Shown: positions 56,338 to 64,000 of the stretch, in pieces | How the letters are laid out: the number at the start of each line of letters is the position of its first letter | How positions within the stretch are numbered: the stretch's first letter is position 1 | Origin: an uncultured Acidobacteriota bacterium | GTDB taxonomy: Bacteria; Acidobacteriota; Thermoanaerobaculia; Thermoanaerobaculales; Sulfomarinibacteraceae | Direction: 5' to 3' | Length of the DNA: 64,000 nucleotides | Assembly (NCBI GenBank): GCA_963714745.1 | Contig: CAVQPK010000002.1 | Location: forward strand, 2,464,808-2,528,807 | Position numbers and translations under genes: made by a program | The notes under the pieces: model-generated | What the model saw: the letters and a program-made list of their open reading frames with translations, nothing else | What the model was told of the DNA's origin: nothing | Databases searched by the model: none

Positions 56338-57644
56338 ATGGGCGGGTTGCCGTCGGGTGCTTCCGCGGCGAGGCGGCGCACCAGCCGGAGGGCGCCGCCG
56401 GCGGTGCGCACCGTGCCGCTCACCTGTGCTGCGGTCAGCACTCTGAGCAGACGCCCGAGCTCGGGACCGGCGGCCACGCCGGCCGCCTCAGCGACGGCCT
56501 GCGAGCTGAGCAGCGGCCGAAGGGCGAGCAGCTCGTGACCGCGCCGTAGCCACAGCCGCCACCACCGTCGCCACAGCGCGACTGCTGAGGGCGAGGTATC
56601 GAACGCAGCCGCGGCGGCGAAGGCCGCCGGAAAAGCCTCGCCGAGAGCATGGATCAGCTCGCGCCGACGCGCAGCCGGGGCCCCGGCCGCCGCCTCCACC
56701 GACTCCAGTCGGCGGGCCGCCGCGACCGCCTCCCAGCACAGGGTCCGGTCCCAGGCGTAGCTCGCCGCCGCCTCGCCGTTGGTCGCACCGAGGCCGCACA
56801 GGAGCAGCGCCAGCACGGCCGTTTGCCCGTGGCGGCGGGCGGAGGCCGGCACCGGGTGATCATGAGGCAAGGCGAGTCGGCCCACCGCCGCCAGGCTGTT
56901 GGCCGCGAAGGCGGGTTCGGGGATCGCTCCCGGCGGCGAACACGGCGCCAGCAGCCCCAGCTCGAGCAGGGCAGCGATCCCGCGATCGGGGCGGGGCGCG
57001 GCCGACAGCAGCGCGAGCTCGTGACCGACCCGTTCGCGGGGCGAACCGGCGAGCGTCGGCGCCAGCTCTCGCACCCAGCCGGCGGTCGGCGGATCGAGGG
57101 TGAATCCGGGCAGCACCGCAAGGAAGCGAACGGCGCGCAGGATCCGCACCGGATCATCCGCCAGCGCGTGCCGCGAGGTCGCCCGAAGTCTGCTCGCGCG
57201 GAGGTCAGCCAGGCCCCCGGTGGGGTCGAGCAGTGGTCCGGCCGGCGCCTGCCACAGCATCGCGTTGACCGTGAGGTCGCGGCGCCAGGCGTCCTGGGTC
57301 GGAGTCAGTCCGGCGAGGGGCCACAGCTCGACCTTGAGCGCTGCGCCGTCCACTCTCCACACGGCGCGCGGTGGGCGTCCCACCAGGTGCGGACGGGAGC
57401 CGAGCATGGCGCCCACCCTGCGCGCCGTGGCGGCGACCTGTTCGGGTGAGCCGTCCAGGGACAGGTCGAGGTCGCGGCTGGTCCGACCGAGGAGGGCGTC
57501 CCGCACCGAGCCTCCGGTGATGAAGACGGTGCGGTGCGCGATCGCGTCGAGCACCTCCCGGACCGGTGCCGTCGCCGCGCAGCTCGCGAGCCGCTGCGCC
57601 GGCGGTGGGCCGGATCCGGGCGCGAGGCGGCCGGGCCGACTCAT
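56331..57644 (-). CDS. CCA-adding enzyme / poly(A) polymerase family nucleotidyltransferase
   Basis: Head-domain motifs are [32 protein letters not shown] and [15 protein letters not shown] overlaps the kinase stop (ATGA). Its stop overlaps the pilT start by 7 nt. Confidence 0.8.
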   Translation of the reverse strand: MSRPGRLAPGSGPPPAQRLASCAATAPVREVLDAIAHRTVFITGGSVRDALLGRTSRDLDLSLDGSPEQVAATARRVGAMLGSRPHLVGRPPRAVWRVDGAALKVELWPLAGLTPTQDAWRRDLTVNAMLWQAPAGPLLDPTGGLADLRASRLRATSRHALADDPVRILRAVRFLAVLPGFTLDPPTAGWVRELAPTLAGSPRERVGHELALLSAAPRPDRGIAALLELGLLAPCSPPGAIPEPAFAANSLAAVGRLALPHDHPVPASARRHGQTAVLALLLCGLGATNGEAAASYAWDRTLCWEAVAAARRLESVEAAAGAPAARRRELIHALGEAFPAAFAAAAAFDTSPSAVALWRRWWRLWLRRGHELLALRPLLSSQAVAEAAGVAAGPELGRLLRVLTAAQVSGTVRTAGGALRLVRRLAAEAPDGNPPIC

Positions 57645-59611
57645 CGGTCCTCGTCTGGCGCGGGCCAGCGAGGAAGCCAGATCGAAAACGCGGACCCCGA
57701 GCCGGTGGCGCTGGAGACCGCGATGCGGCCTCCGAGGGCGGACATGATGCGGCGGCAGATGGTCAGACCGAGACCGGCGCCGTGCCGCCTGCCGAGCCCG
57801 CGGTGATCCGCCCGATAGAACTCGTCGAAGATCGCGGACAGCGCCTCGTCACCGATCCCGATGCCGGTGTCGCGGATCGTCAGCACCACCGAGTCCTCGC
57901 CCGCGGCGGCTTCGATCCACACCCGTCCGCCGGCCGGCGTGTACTTGATGGCGTTGTCGAGCAGGTTGCGCAGCACCTGCTCGATGCGCTCGCCGTCGGC
58001 TCGGGCGCGGGGGAGGTCGGCGGGAAGCTCGCCGGTGAGCTCGATGCTCGCCCGGGAGGCCAGCGGTCGCATCTCCTCGAGCACCGTCGCCACCCGCCCC
58101 GACAGGTCGACCTCGCCGATCTCCATCTGCATCCTGCCGCTCTCCAACGCCGCGAGGTCGGTCAGGTCGACCACCAGCCGCTTCAGCCGCATCACGCTTT
58201 CGAACGCGATCCGGAGGAAGGCGAGCTGCTGGGTCGACAGCCCTTCGCCGAGGTCGTGGAGCAGGATTTCGAGGTAGCTCTGGACCACCGTGAGCGGGGT
58301 CTTGAACTCGTGCGCCGAGGCCGAGAGAAAGGTCGCGCGCGCGGCCTCCATCGTGTCCAGGCGCCGCTCCGCCGCCTCGAGGTCGGACAGCTGGCGACGG
58401 ACGGTCGCCCGCAGCGCGGCCTCGCGCCGGAGCGTTTCGGCCTCGCGGCGGCGGTCGGTCAGCACCACCGGCGTCAGGCCACTGCTCGACGTGGGGCCCT
58501 GCAGCACCTCGACCGGGATGAAGCGCTGACCTCCGACCGCCAGGCGCCGGTCGGCGTCGGGTCCCGACAGGATCTCCTCGAGCCGCCGTCCCAGGAGGCC
58601 CTCGACCGAGGTCTCGGCGAGCCTGGCGGCGGCGAGGTTGGTGCTGCGGATCCGGCCGTCCGGACCTTCCAGCTCGAGCACGGGGACTGGAAGGGCTCCG
58701 AACCCGCGCTCCTGCCCCTCCTCGTCGGCGGTCTGCAGGCTGAGACCGATCAGGGTCCGACCCAGCGGATCCACGTCGCGGGCTGTGCAGACCCGGATCG
58801 GGGAGATCTTCCCGCCGGGGAGGCGAATGCCCAGCAGGACGTCGGTCGGTCGATGCAGCAGTTCCGCGATCCGCGTGCCCGCCTCGGTCCCGTCCGGCGC
58901 GACCAGCAGGTCGTCCAGCAGGGTCCCGTTGAGGTCCCTCGCGGCGAGGCCGAGCCGAGCCGCCCTGGGTTCGAGGATGGATGCGATGCTCCCGTCGGCC
59001 CTCAGGTCGAGCACCGCGTCCCAACCTGCGACGGCCAGCTCCGTCCACCGTGGGTCGGCCAGGAACGGCTCGACCGGGCCCTCCAACGCGTGCTCGGCCA
59101 GGTGGGCGGCGGCGACCAGCACCCGGTGCTCCAGCTCGGTCAACGGCCGGAAGCGGGAGACGAGCCTCAGCAGCCCGTCGAGCTCCCCCAGGCGACAGGG
59201 AGCGGTCGCGATGCTGACGACTCCGGCCTGCGCGAGGGGTTCCGCCACGCCGGCGGTGACCTCGGAGGCGTTCACATCGGCGACCAGGAGCGACCTCCCG
59301 GTGGCGAGGACGTGGGCGAGCTCCGGGTACCGGTCGAGCCGGATCAGGAGGTCTCCGACGCCGCTTCGGTCCGAGCTCGCAACGATCCGCAGCGCCGACC
59401 GGCCGCAGGGGATCAGAAGCGAGCACCGGCCGGCGCCGGTCAGCTCGGCGAGCTCGGTCGTGGCGCGGGCGAGCGCAGCGTCCCGTGTCGCGGCCTCGAG
59501 GGCGGTCTGCAGCCACCACTCGAGCCGGTCGCGCAAGGTGGTCGGCAGATGTTCCAGGAGCTCGCGACAACGATCGCACTCGGGCGCCCGTGGTACGATG
59601 CCCTCGCCCAT
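57641..59611 (-). CDS. cytoplasmic sensor histidine kinase (GAF-like, PAS-like, HisKA, HATPase_c)
   Basis: The start is set at ATG 59611. The 932-aa ORF upstream of that is R/P/S-rich and overlaps the divergent amidase gene. The H-box is [16 protein letters not shown] boxes are [17 protein letters not shown] and GAGLGLT. Confidence 0.9.
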   Translation of the reverse strand: MGEGIVPRAPECDRCRELLEHLPTTLRDRLEWWLQTALEAATRDAALARATTELAELTGAGRCSLLIPCGRSALRIVASSDRSGVGDLLIRLDRYPELAHVLATGRSLLVADVNASEVTAGVAEPLAQAGVVSIATAPCRLGELDGLLRLVSRFRPLTELEHRVLVAAAHLAEHALEGPVEPFLADPRWTELAVAGWDAVLDLRADGSIASILEPRAARLGLAARDLNGTLLDDLLVAPDGTEAGTRIAELLHRPTDVLLGIRLPGGKISPIRVCTARDVDPLGRTLIGLSLQTADEEGQERGFGALPVPVLELEGPDGRIRSTNLAAARLAETSVEGLLGRRLEEILSGPDADRRLAVGGQRFIPVEVLQGPTSSSGLTPVVLTDRRREAETLRREAALRATVRRQLSDLEAAERRLDTMEAARATFLSASAHEFKTPLTVVQSYLEILLHDLGEGLSTQQLAFLRIAFESVMRLKRLVVDLTDLAALESGRMQMEIGEVDLSGRVATVLEEMRPLASRASIELTGELPADLPRARADGERIEQVLRNLLDNAIKYTPAGGRVWIEAAAGEDSVVLTIRDTGIGIGDEALSAIFDEFYRADHRGLGRRHGAGLGLTICRRIMSALGGRIAVSSATGSGSAFSIWLPRWPAPDEDR

Positions 59612-59771
59612 TGGAGTCCCGTGGAGTATACCCACCCTCGACGCGTCCACGCGATCCGGTCGGCCCTCTGCGCCGACCCGACCGGCGCCAGCGCCCCGGC
59701 CGCTGGTGGCGGGCAGCCGTTGCCCCGGTGATCCGCGCGGGGAGCGCGCCGACGAGGTCTCGCGCCGGGAC

Positions 59772-61544
59772 ATGAGCATCGCACGGATCGCGCTCGTCTT
59801 GGCCGCGGTTGTGGCCGCGGCCACCAGCGCCGCCGAGCCCCCGCAGAGGCTCGAGACCCGGCTCGAGGGTGTCGGGGTGCTGGTCTGGAAGCGGGGGGGG
59901 ACGCCCGAGGTCAGCGTTCGACCGTTGCGCGGCGAGGGCTGGATCGCGCTCGCCGGACGCCTGTGCGACCAGCGCAGCGCCGCCTCGAAGCTGCGGGAGG
60001 CCAACCCCGGGCTCACCGCTCCGCTCGCCGACCGGCCGGTGATGGTCCCCGTCATCCTGCTGCGAGCCGATCTCCGGCTGGCAGCGGTCCGACGCCTGTT
60101 TCCGGTCGACCGCAGGGGCAGCGACGGCTGGGAGCACCTCGTCCTGGACCCGTTCGGAGGTGGCGAGGAGAGCTGGCGGTGGCTCGCTGAGGTCTTCGCC
60201 GGGAGCGTGGACGCGGGCCCGAACCTGCGTCGCGCCAACCCCGGCCACGACGATGATGCGCCCCGCCGCGGGAGCTGGGTGGTGGTGCCGGACCGGCTCC
60301 TGATGCCGGTCTTCGCCAGGCTGCCGCGCCCGACGCCGACCGTCACGCCGACGCCGCGGGTCGTGGTCCGTCCGACCCCGCCAGCAACCGCGACGCCTGG
60401 AATCCACGGGCGCGTCAACGGGCTGCTCGAGTACCGCACCGACGCCCGCGGAGAGCACGCCGTGTACCGCCTCCGCCAAGGCGAGGCGCTCTACTCCGCA
60501 GTCGTGGTCAGGTTCACAGGTCAGCTCCAGGCGGTCCAGGTCAACGCGACCGCGGCCGAGATCGCCGAGCGGTCGGGGATCTCGGACGTGACCGCGATCC
60601 CGATCGGCTACCCGATCAAGATCCCGCTCGACCTCCTGCTGCCCGAGCACCTTCCGCCGGAGCACCCCCGACGGCGGCAGTGGGAGGCGGAGCGGCGCGA
60701 GCTCGCGCGCTTCTTCGAGGTGGTGCGGGCGACCGACCTGACCGGCGTGATGGTGGTTCTGGACGCGGGCCACGGAGGCGGCGATACCGGGGCAGTGGTC
60801 GACGGCGTGTGGGAGTCGACCTACGCCTACGACATCATGTGCCGCATCAAGGCCAACCTCGAGCGCCACACTCGCGCGACGGTGAGGACGACGATCACGG
60901 ACGGCGACCGCGAGTGTCGGTTGTTGCCCGGCGACCGGTTGCCGCAGGATCGTGACCAGCGTCTCGAGACCCATCCGCCGTATCCTCTCGACGACCCTTC
61001 GACCGGGGTCCATCTCCGGTGGTATCTCGCCAACGATCTCCTGCGGCGGGGACTCGGAGACGGAGCCGACCGGTCCCGCACCGTCTTTCTCTCGGTTCAC
61101 GCGGACTCCCTCCATCCCTCGGTGCGCGGCGCCATGGCCTACGTTCCGGCACGCCACCTGAGGCCCAAGAGCTTCACCGTCAACCGATCCGGGATGAAGG
61201 CCTTCCGCGAGTATCGCGCGGGCCCGACGGTGCGCCTCGGCACCGAGTTCAAGGCGCGCTCCGAGGCCTCGTCGCGCCACCTCGCCGAGCGGGTTCTCGG
61301 TGCCCTGGCCGACGACGGGATCGCTCTGCACGAGTACGAGCCGGTGCGCGACAGCGTGCTGCGCGGCCGGCGGCGGTGGGTACCCGCCGTGCTGCGCTAC
61401 TCCGAGGCCCAGCACGCGGTGCTGCTCGAGGTCTGCAACATGGCCAATCCGGAGGACCGCGCGCTGCTGCTCGACGCCGCCTGGCGCGAGCGCTTCGCCC
61501 GCGCCGTGGTCGCCGGGATGGCCGAGGCCTTCTCGGGCCGGTAG
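59772..61544 (+). CDS. N-acetylmuramoyl-L-alanine amidase (Amidase_3) with signal peptide, LysM-like segments and a Pro/Thr linker
   Basis: Signal: MSIARIALVLAAVVAAATSAA. LysM-like segment: YRLRQGEALYSAV...IGYPIKIP. Amidase_3 motifs: VVLDAGHGGGDTGA, FLSVHADS, LLEVCNMANPED. Confidence 0.85.
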   Translation: MSIARIALVLAAVVAAATSAAEPPQRLETRLEGVGVLVWKRGGTPEVSVRPLRGEGWIALAGRLCDQRSAASKLREANPGLTAPLADRPVMVPVILLRADLRLAAVRRLFPVDRRGSDGWEHLVLDPFGGGEESWRWLAEVFAGSVDAGPNLRRANPGHDDDAPRRGSWVVVPDRLLMPVFARLPRPTPTVTPTPRVVVRPTPPATATPGIHGRVNGLLEYRTDARGEHAVYRLRQGEALYSAVVVRFTGQLQAVQVNATAAEIAERSGISDVTAIPIGYPIKIPLDLLLPEHLPPEHPRRRQWEAERRELARFFEVVRATDLTGVMVVLDAGHGGGDTGAVVDGVWESTYAYDIMCRIKANLERHTRATVRTTITDGDRECRLLPGDRLPQDRDQRLETHPPYPLDDPSTGVHLRWYLANDLLRRGLGDGADRSRTVFLSVHADSLHPSVRGAMAYVPARHLRPKSFTVNRSGMKAFREYRAGPTVRLGTEFKARSEASSRHLAERVLGALADDGIALHEYEPVRDSVLRGRRRWVPAVLRYSEAQHAVLLEVCNMANPEDRALLLDAAWRERFARAVVAGMAEAFSGR

Positions 61545-61552
61545 CCGCCTTG

Positions 61553-61592
61553 CACCACAGAGAGACGCAGAGGACGCAGAGAAGCGCAGTGA
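61553..61592 (+). repeat. CACAGAG-type repeat cassette, copy 3' of the amidase gene
   Basis: caccacagagagacgcagaggacgcagagaagcgcagtga starts 9 nt after the stop at 61544. It is in inverted orientation relative to 61663-61703. Confidence 0.4.
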
Positions 61593-61610
61593 TCCCCCAC
61601 CCAGCCGAGG

Positions 61611-61648
61611 CGCACGGAGCGGGGCCGCGCGCGGCCCCGCTCCGTGCG
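61611..61648. terminator. 38-nt perfect palindrome (19-bp arms), bidirectional terminator candidate
   Basis: cgcacggagcggggccgcg|cgcggccccgctccgtgcg lies between convergent genes. Confidence 0.6.
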
Positions 61649-61662
61649 TGAGGGCGGGAGGG

Positions 61663-61703
61663 GGCTCTGTGAACCTCCGTGCTCTCTGCGCCTCTGTGGT
61701 TTC
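61663..61703 (-). repeat. CACAGAG-type repeat cassette, copy 3' of maf
   Basis: ggctctgtgaacctccgtgctctctgcgcctctgtggtttc directly abuts the maf stop codon (61704-61706). Confidence 0.5.
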
Positions 61704-62303
61704 TCAGCCCCGCTCCGGGTGCAGCAGGGCGAAGAGGTCGAGGCCGCAGGCGGCGAAGAGCTCGGGTAGGCGGTGGAGGGGGAGCCCGACCACGGTGTGG
61801 GGAGAGCCTTCGACCGCGGTCACGAACACGCCGCCGCGTCCCTGCACGGCGTAGGCGCCGGCCTTGTCACGGGGCTCGCCCGAGGCCACGTACCAGTCGA
61901 TCGAGGCCCGGTCGAGGTCGGCGAAACGAACGGTGGTGGTGTCCACCAGCGACGCCACGCGGCCGTTGGCCATCAGGGCGACCCCGGTGTGGACCCGGTG
62001 TTTCCGTCCGCCGAGCCGGCCCAGCATGCGGCGGGCGTCGTCGTCGGAGCACGGCTTGCCGAGGATCTCGCCCTCGATCTCGACCACGGTGTCGGCGGCC
62101 AGGACCGCCGCGTCCGCGGCGGTCTCGGCGACCGCTGCGGCCTTGTCCCGTGCGGCGCGCTCGGCGAAGACCGCCGCCGGCTCGCCGGCCTCTGGGCACT
62201 CGGACACGTCGGCGGGGACCACGCGGTGCGCCAACCCGAGAGTCTCCAGCAGCGCCCGCCGGCGTGGCGACCCGCTCGCCAGGATCAGCTCGAGCCCGGC
62301 CAC
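61704..62303 (-). CDS. maf: Maf-family nucleoside triphosphate pyrophosphatase
   Basis: Motifs: LILASGSPRRRALLETLGL, DTVV, ILGKP, KAGAYAVQG. Confidence 0.9.
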   Translation of the reverse strand: MAGLELILASGSPRRRALLETLGLAHRVVPADVSECPEAGEPAAVFAERAARDKAAAVAETAADAAVLAADTVVEIEGEILGKPCSDDDARRMLGRLGGRKHRVHTGVALMANGRVASLVDTTTVRFADLDRASIDWYVASGEPRDKAGAYAVQGRGGVFVTAVEGSPHTVVGLPLHRLPELFAACGLDLFALLHPERG

Positions 62304-62305
62304 GG

Positions 62306-62827
62306 CTACTTCGGGACCACGACCACCACCGACTCGCGCAGGTCGAGCACCCGAACCGGGGTGCCGGTGGCGATGCCCGAGCCTGATCCGGAGCGGGCTG
62401 CGAGCCGGACCCGCGAGCCGCTGACCCCGACCTCGATCTGGCCGTAGCCGACCTCGGGAATCGAGCGGACCACCACGGCGTCCTCACCCTCCTGGAGCGT
62501 CCGGTGGGTCGGATCGCAGACCGTGCGCGACCACAGTCGCAGCACCAGGGCCCCGATGAGGCCGATTCCGGCTCCGGCCAGGAGCTCCTGGCGCGTCGTC
62601 ATGTGAGTGAAACCGTGGAGGAGGAAGGCGGCCAGCCCGAAGAACATCAGGAACGAGACGGCGAGGTCGCTTCGGGGGGTGTGGAGGCTCGCCCAGTGCT
62701 CGTGGGACGGCACCACGACCTCCGCGCAAAGCTCGCTCGGGTGGAGGATGCGACGGACCAGACCGCCGACCAGGGCGAGGGTGAAGCCGAGCAGGAACGC
62801 GGCGAGGTAGAAAAAGCCGAAGGTCAC
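62306..62827 (-). CDS. membrane protein with NfeD-like C-terminal OB domain
   Basis: GTG 62827 overlaps the upstream stop (GTGA). It has 3-4 TM helices. The tail GYGQIEVGVSGSRVRLAARSGSGSGIATGTPVRVLDLRESVVVVVP resembles the NfeD C-terminal fold. Confidence 0.45.
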   Translation of the reverse strand: MTFGFFYLAAFLLGFTLALVGGLVRRILHPSELCAEVVVPSHEHWASLHTPRSDLAVSFLMFFGLAAFLLHGFTHMTTRQELLAGAGIGLIGALVLRLWSRTVCDPTHRTLQEGEDAVVVRSIPEVGYGQIEVGVSGSRVRLAARSGSGSGIATGTPVRVLDLRESVVVVVPK

Positions 62828-63795
62828 CGGTCGAGTGTACCGTGTTCCAACGAGAGCTCGACCAGCTGCTCCGCTCCCGTGGGGCACCACCGGCTGAGGT
62901 CGTCGGGCAGAGGCGCGGTCACCCGCACCAGCCGCCGCTGCGCGGGATGGGGCACGGTGAGCGCGAGCGCGTGCAGCAGAGGGCGCTCACCGCGTGGTCC
63001 GCCGTAGAGCCGGTCGCCGACCACCGGGTGACCGGCCGCGGCGAGGTGCACCCGCACCTGATGGGTGCGGCCGCTCTGGAGCGAGCACAGCACCACCGAC
63101 CTGCCGTCGGTGCGGCGGTCGACGACCTGGACCAGGGTGCGGGCCGCCTGGCCGCGCGGGTCGGCCACGAACCGCCAGCCGCCCGCCGGATCGCGGCCGA
63201 TCGGCAGGTCGAGCTCGAGCCGGTCGGCCTCGGGCGCGCCGTCGACCACCGCCACGTAGAGCCGCTCGGCCCGGTGGCTGCGCCAGGCGCGCGCGAGCGG
63301 CGCCAGCGCTTCGCGCCGGCTCGCGAACAGGAGCACGCCGCTGGTCGCCCGGTCGAGGCGATGGACCAGGCGCAGGAAGGGCGGCCGGCCGTCACGCAGC
63401 GCCAGGGTCGCAGCGACCCGTTCGTCCCAGGCGCGTTCCCTCCCACGGCTGGACTCCGAGGGTTGCGACAGCACCCCTGCCGGTTTGGCGGTGAACACCA
63501 GCCAGCCGTCCTCCCAGAGAAGCTCAGCCGGTTCCGGCGCCGGACGGGTCAGCGTCAGGGGCTCGCCGTCATCGGGCTCGAGCTCGATCACGTCCCATGC
63601 GGCCACCGGTCGCGAAAGGACCTTGGTGGTGATGCCGTTGCGCCTCACCCGACCGGCCCCGGCCAGGGCGCGCGCCCGGCGGCGCGACGCGGTGGTCGCC
63701 GCCGCGATCATCTGGTCGAGCCTGAGCCCGGCGAGCTCGGGGTCGACCGCCAGGCGGAGCCTCGGCGCGCCGGGGCGCGACGAGCTCGTGGTCAC
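62824..63795 (-). CDS. RluA-family pseudouridine synthase (RluD-like, S4 domain plus catalytic domain)
   Basis: The catalytic motif HRLDRATSGVLLFA is present, along with HQVRVHLAAAGHPVVGD. GTG 63795 overlaps the upstream stop (GTGA). Confidence 0.9.
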   Translation of the reverse strand: MTTSSSRPGAPRLRLAVDPELAGLRLDQMIAAATTASRRRARALAGAGRVRRNGITTKVLSRPVAAWDVIELEPDDGEPLTLTRPAPEPAELLWEDGWLVFTAKPAGVLSQPSESSRGRERAWDERVAATLALRDGRPPFLRLVHRLDRATSGVLLFASRREALAPLARAWRSHRAERLYVAVVDGAPEADRLELDLPIGRDPAGGWRFVADPRGQAARTLVQVVDRRTDGRSVVLCSLQSGRTHQVRVHLAAAGHPVVGDRLYGGPRGERPLLHALALTVPHPAQRRLVRVTAPLPDDLSRWCPTGAEQLVELSLEHGTLDR

Positions 63796-64000
63796 ATCTC
63801 CGGGCGGGCCACCGCTGTGGCCGGCAGGGCCCGCGTGCGCGCCCACGAGCGGATCGACTTGAGCTGCTCCTCCATCGTGCGCGACAGCGGGATGGTCTTG
63901 CCAAACCCCGCCAGAAGGTCGTTCTGAGAGACCTTCACGCCGCGGGAATGGCCGGTGATCCGGGCGGCCGCGACCGCCTGCTCGATCTCGGCCCCGTTCC
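63792..64000 (-). CDS. AAA+ ATPase, C-terminal fragment (5' end outside window)
   Basis: The frame reads ...NGAEIEQAVAAARITGHSRGVKVSQNDLLAGFGKTIPLSRTMEEQLKSIRSWARTRALPATAVARPEM*. This is typical of the C-terminal lid and tail of a conserved AAA-family ATPase. Confidence 0.5.
   Translation of the reverse strand, partial: NGAEIEQAVAAARITGHSRGVKVSQNDLLAGFGKTIPLSRTMEEQLKSIRSWARTRALPATAVARPEM

Noticed and set aside
57849-61415. A 1188-aa ORF on the minus strand, the longest in the window. A related 721-aa plus-strand ORF spans 57566-59731, and the 932-aa extension of the kinase ORF runs to 60439.
   Set aside because: The translations are dominated by R/P/G/A runs with no domain. They run antisense to, or overlap, well-supported genes (GAF/PAS kinase, amidase). 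This is a typical open-frame artefact of GC-rich DNA.
61553-61703. A MITE or IS remnant.
   Set aside because: There is no transposase and no obvious target-site duplication. The arm similarity is due to the short CACAGAG units only. It is kept as a repeat/terminator composite in the findings, not called a mobile element.

Overview
This is a 64-kb high-GC bacterial chromosomal segment (by eye about two-thirds G+C, with strongly GC3-biased codons). I call about 55 protein-coding genes on both strands. They are packed very tightly, with 14 four-nucleotide ATGA/GTGA stop-start overlaps. I also call a few promoters, several hairpin terminators and one short repeat family. I recognised no rRNA, tRNA, CRISPR array, transposase, integrase or phage gene. 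Housekeeping genes include dnaK, polA, murA, a holC-like gene, an rlmI-like gene, maf, an RluA-family synthase, a CCA/poly(A)-type nucleotidyltransferase, mgtE, pilT, an MsbA-like exporter and yicC. These are interleaved with an unusually dense set of signalling genes: 3 sensor histidine kinases, 4 receiver proteins, 2 Hanks-type Ser/Thr kinases with a PP2C phosphatase and an FHA-protease, a degenerate-GGDEF/EAL protein, and an HspR-like repressor translationally coupled to an alternative sigma factor. The most interesting candidate systems, all inferred only from domain content and gene order, are: (1) a WS/DGAT - CHAD - orphan ParA - polA operon, which could be a partition-type ATPase linked to storage granules; (2) dnaK with a HAIR-like operator, followed by hspR coupled to a sigma factor; (3) an FHA-trypsin protease / STK / PP2C / STK operon facing a gene that fuses an unknown domain to a CPBP domain; (4) an HK - CBS - REC - DASS permease - REC - M28 peptidase operon behind a perfect TGTGA-N6-TCACA site; (5) a GAF/PAS-HK - nucleotidyltransferase - PilT operon in which PilT carries a coiled-coil tail, followed by three strong hairpins in front of mgtE. 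A CACAGAG-type repeat cassette sits immediately 3' of four unrelated genes. Data-quality caveat: dnaK, one receiver gene, the DASS permease, mgtE and pilT need about 18 single-nucleotide frame corrections (about 15 insertions and 3 deletions) to read as normal proteins. These corrections cluster in three patches, which looks more like uncorrected consensus indels than biology. Taxon cannot be assigned from the sequence alone. The gene content (DUF4388, PEGA kinase, BNR, CHAD, WS/DGAT) is compatible with Acidobacteriota- or Myxococcota-like Gram-negative lineages, but that is a guess.
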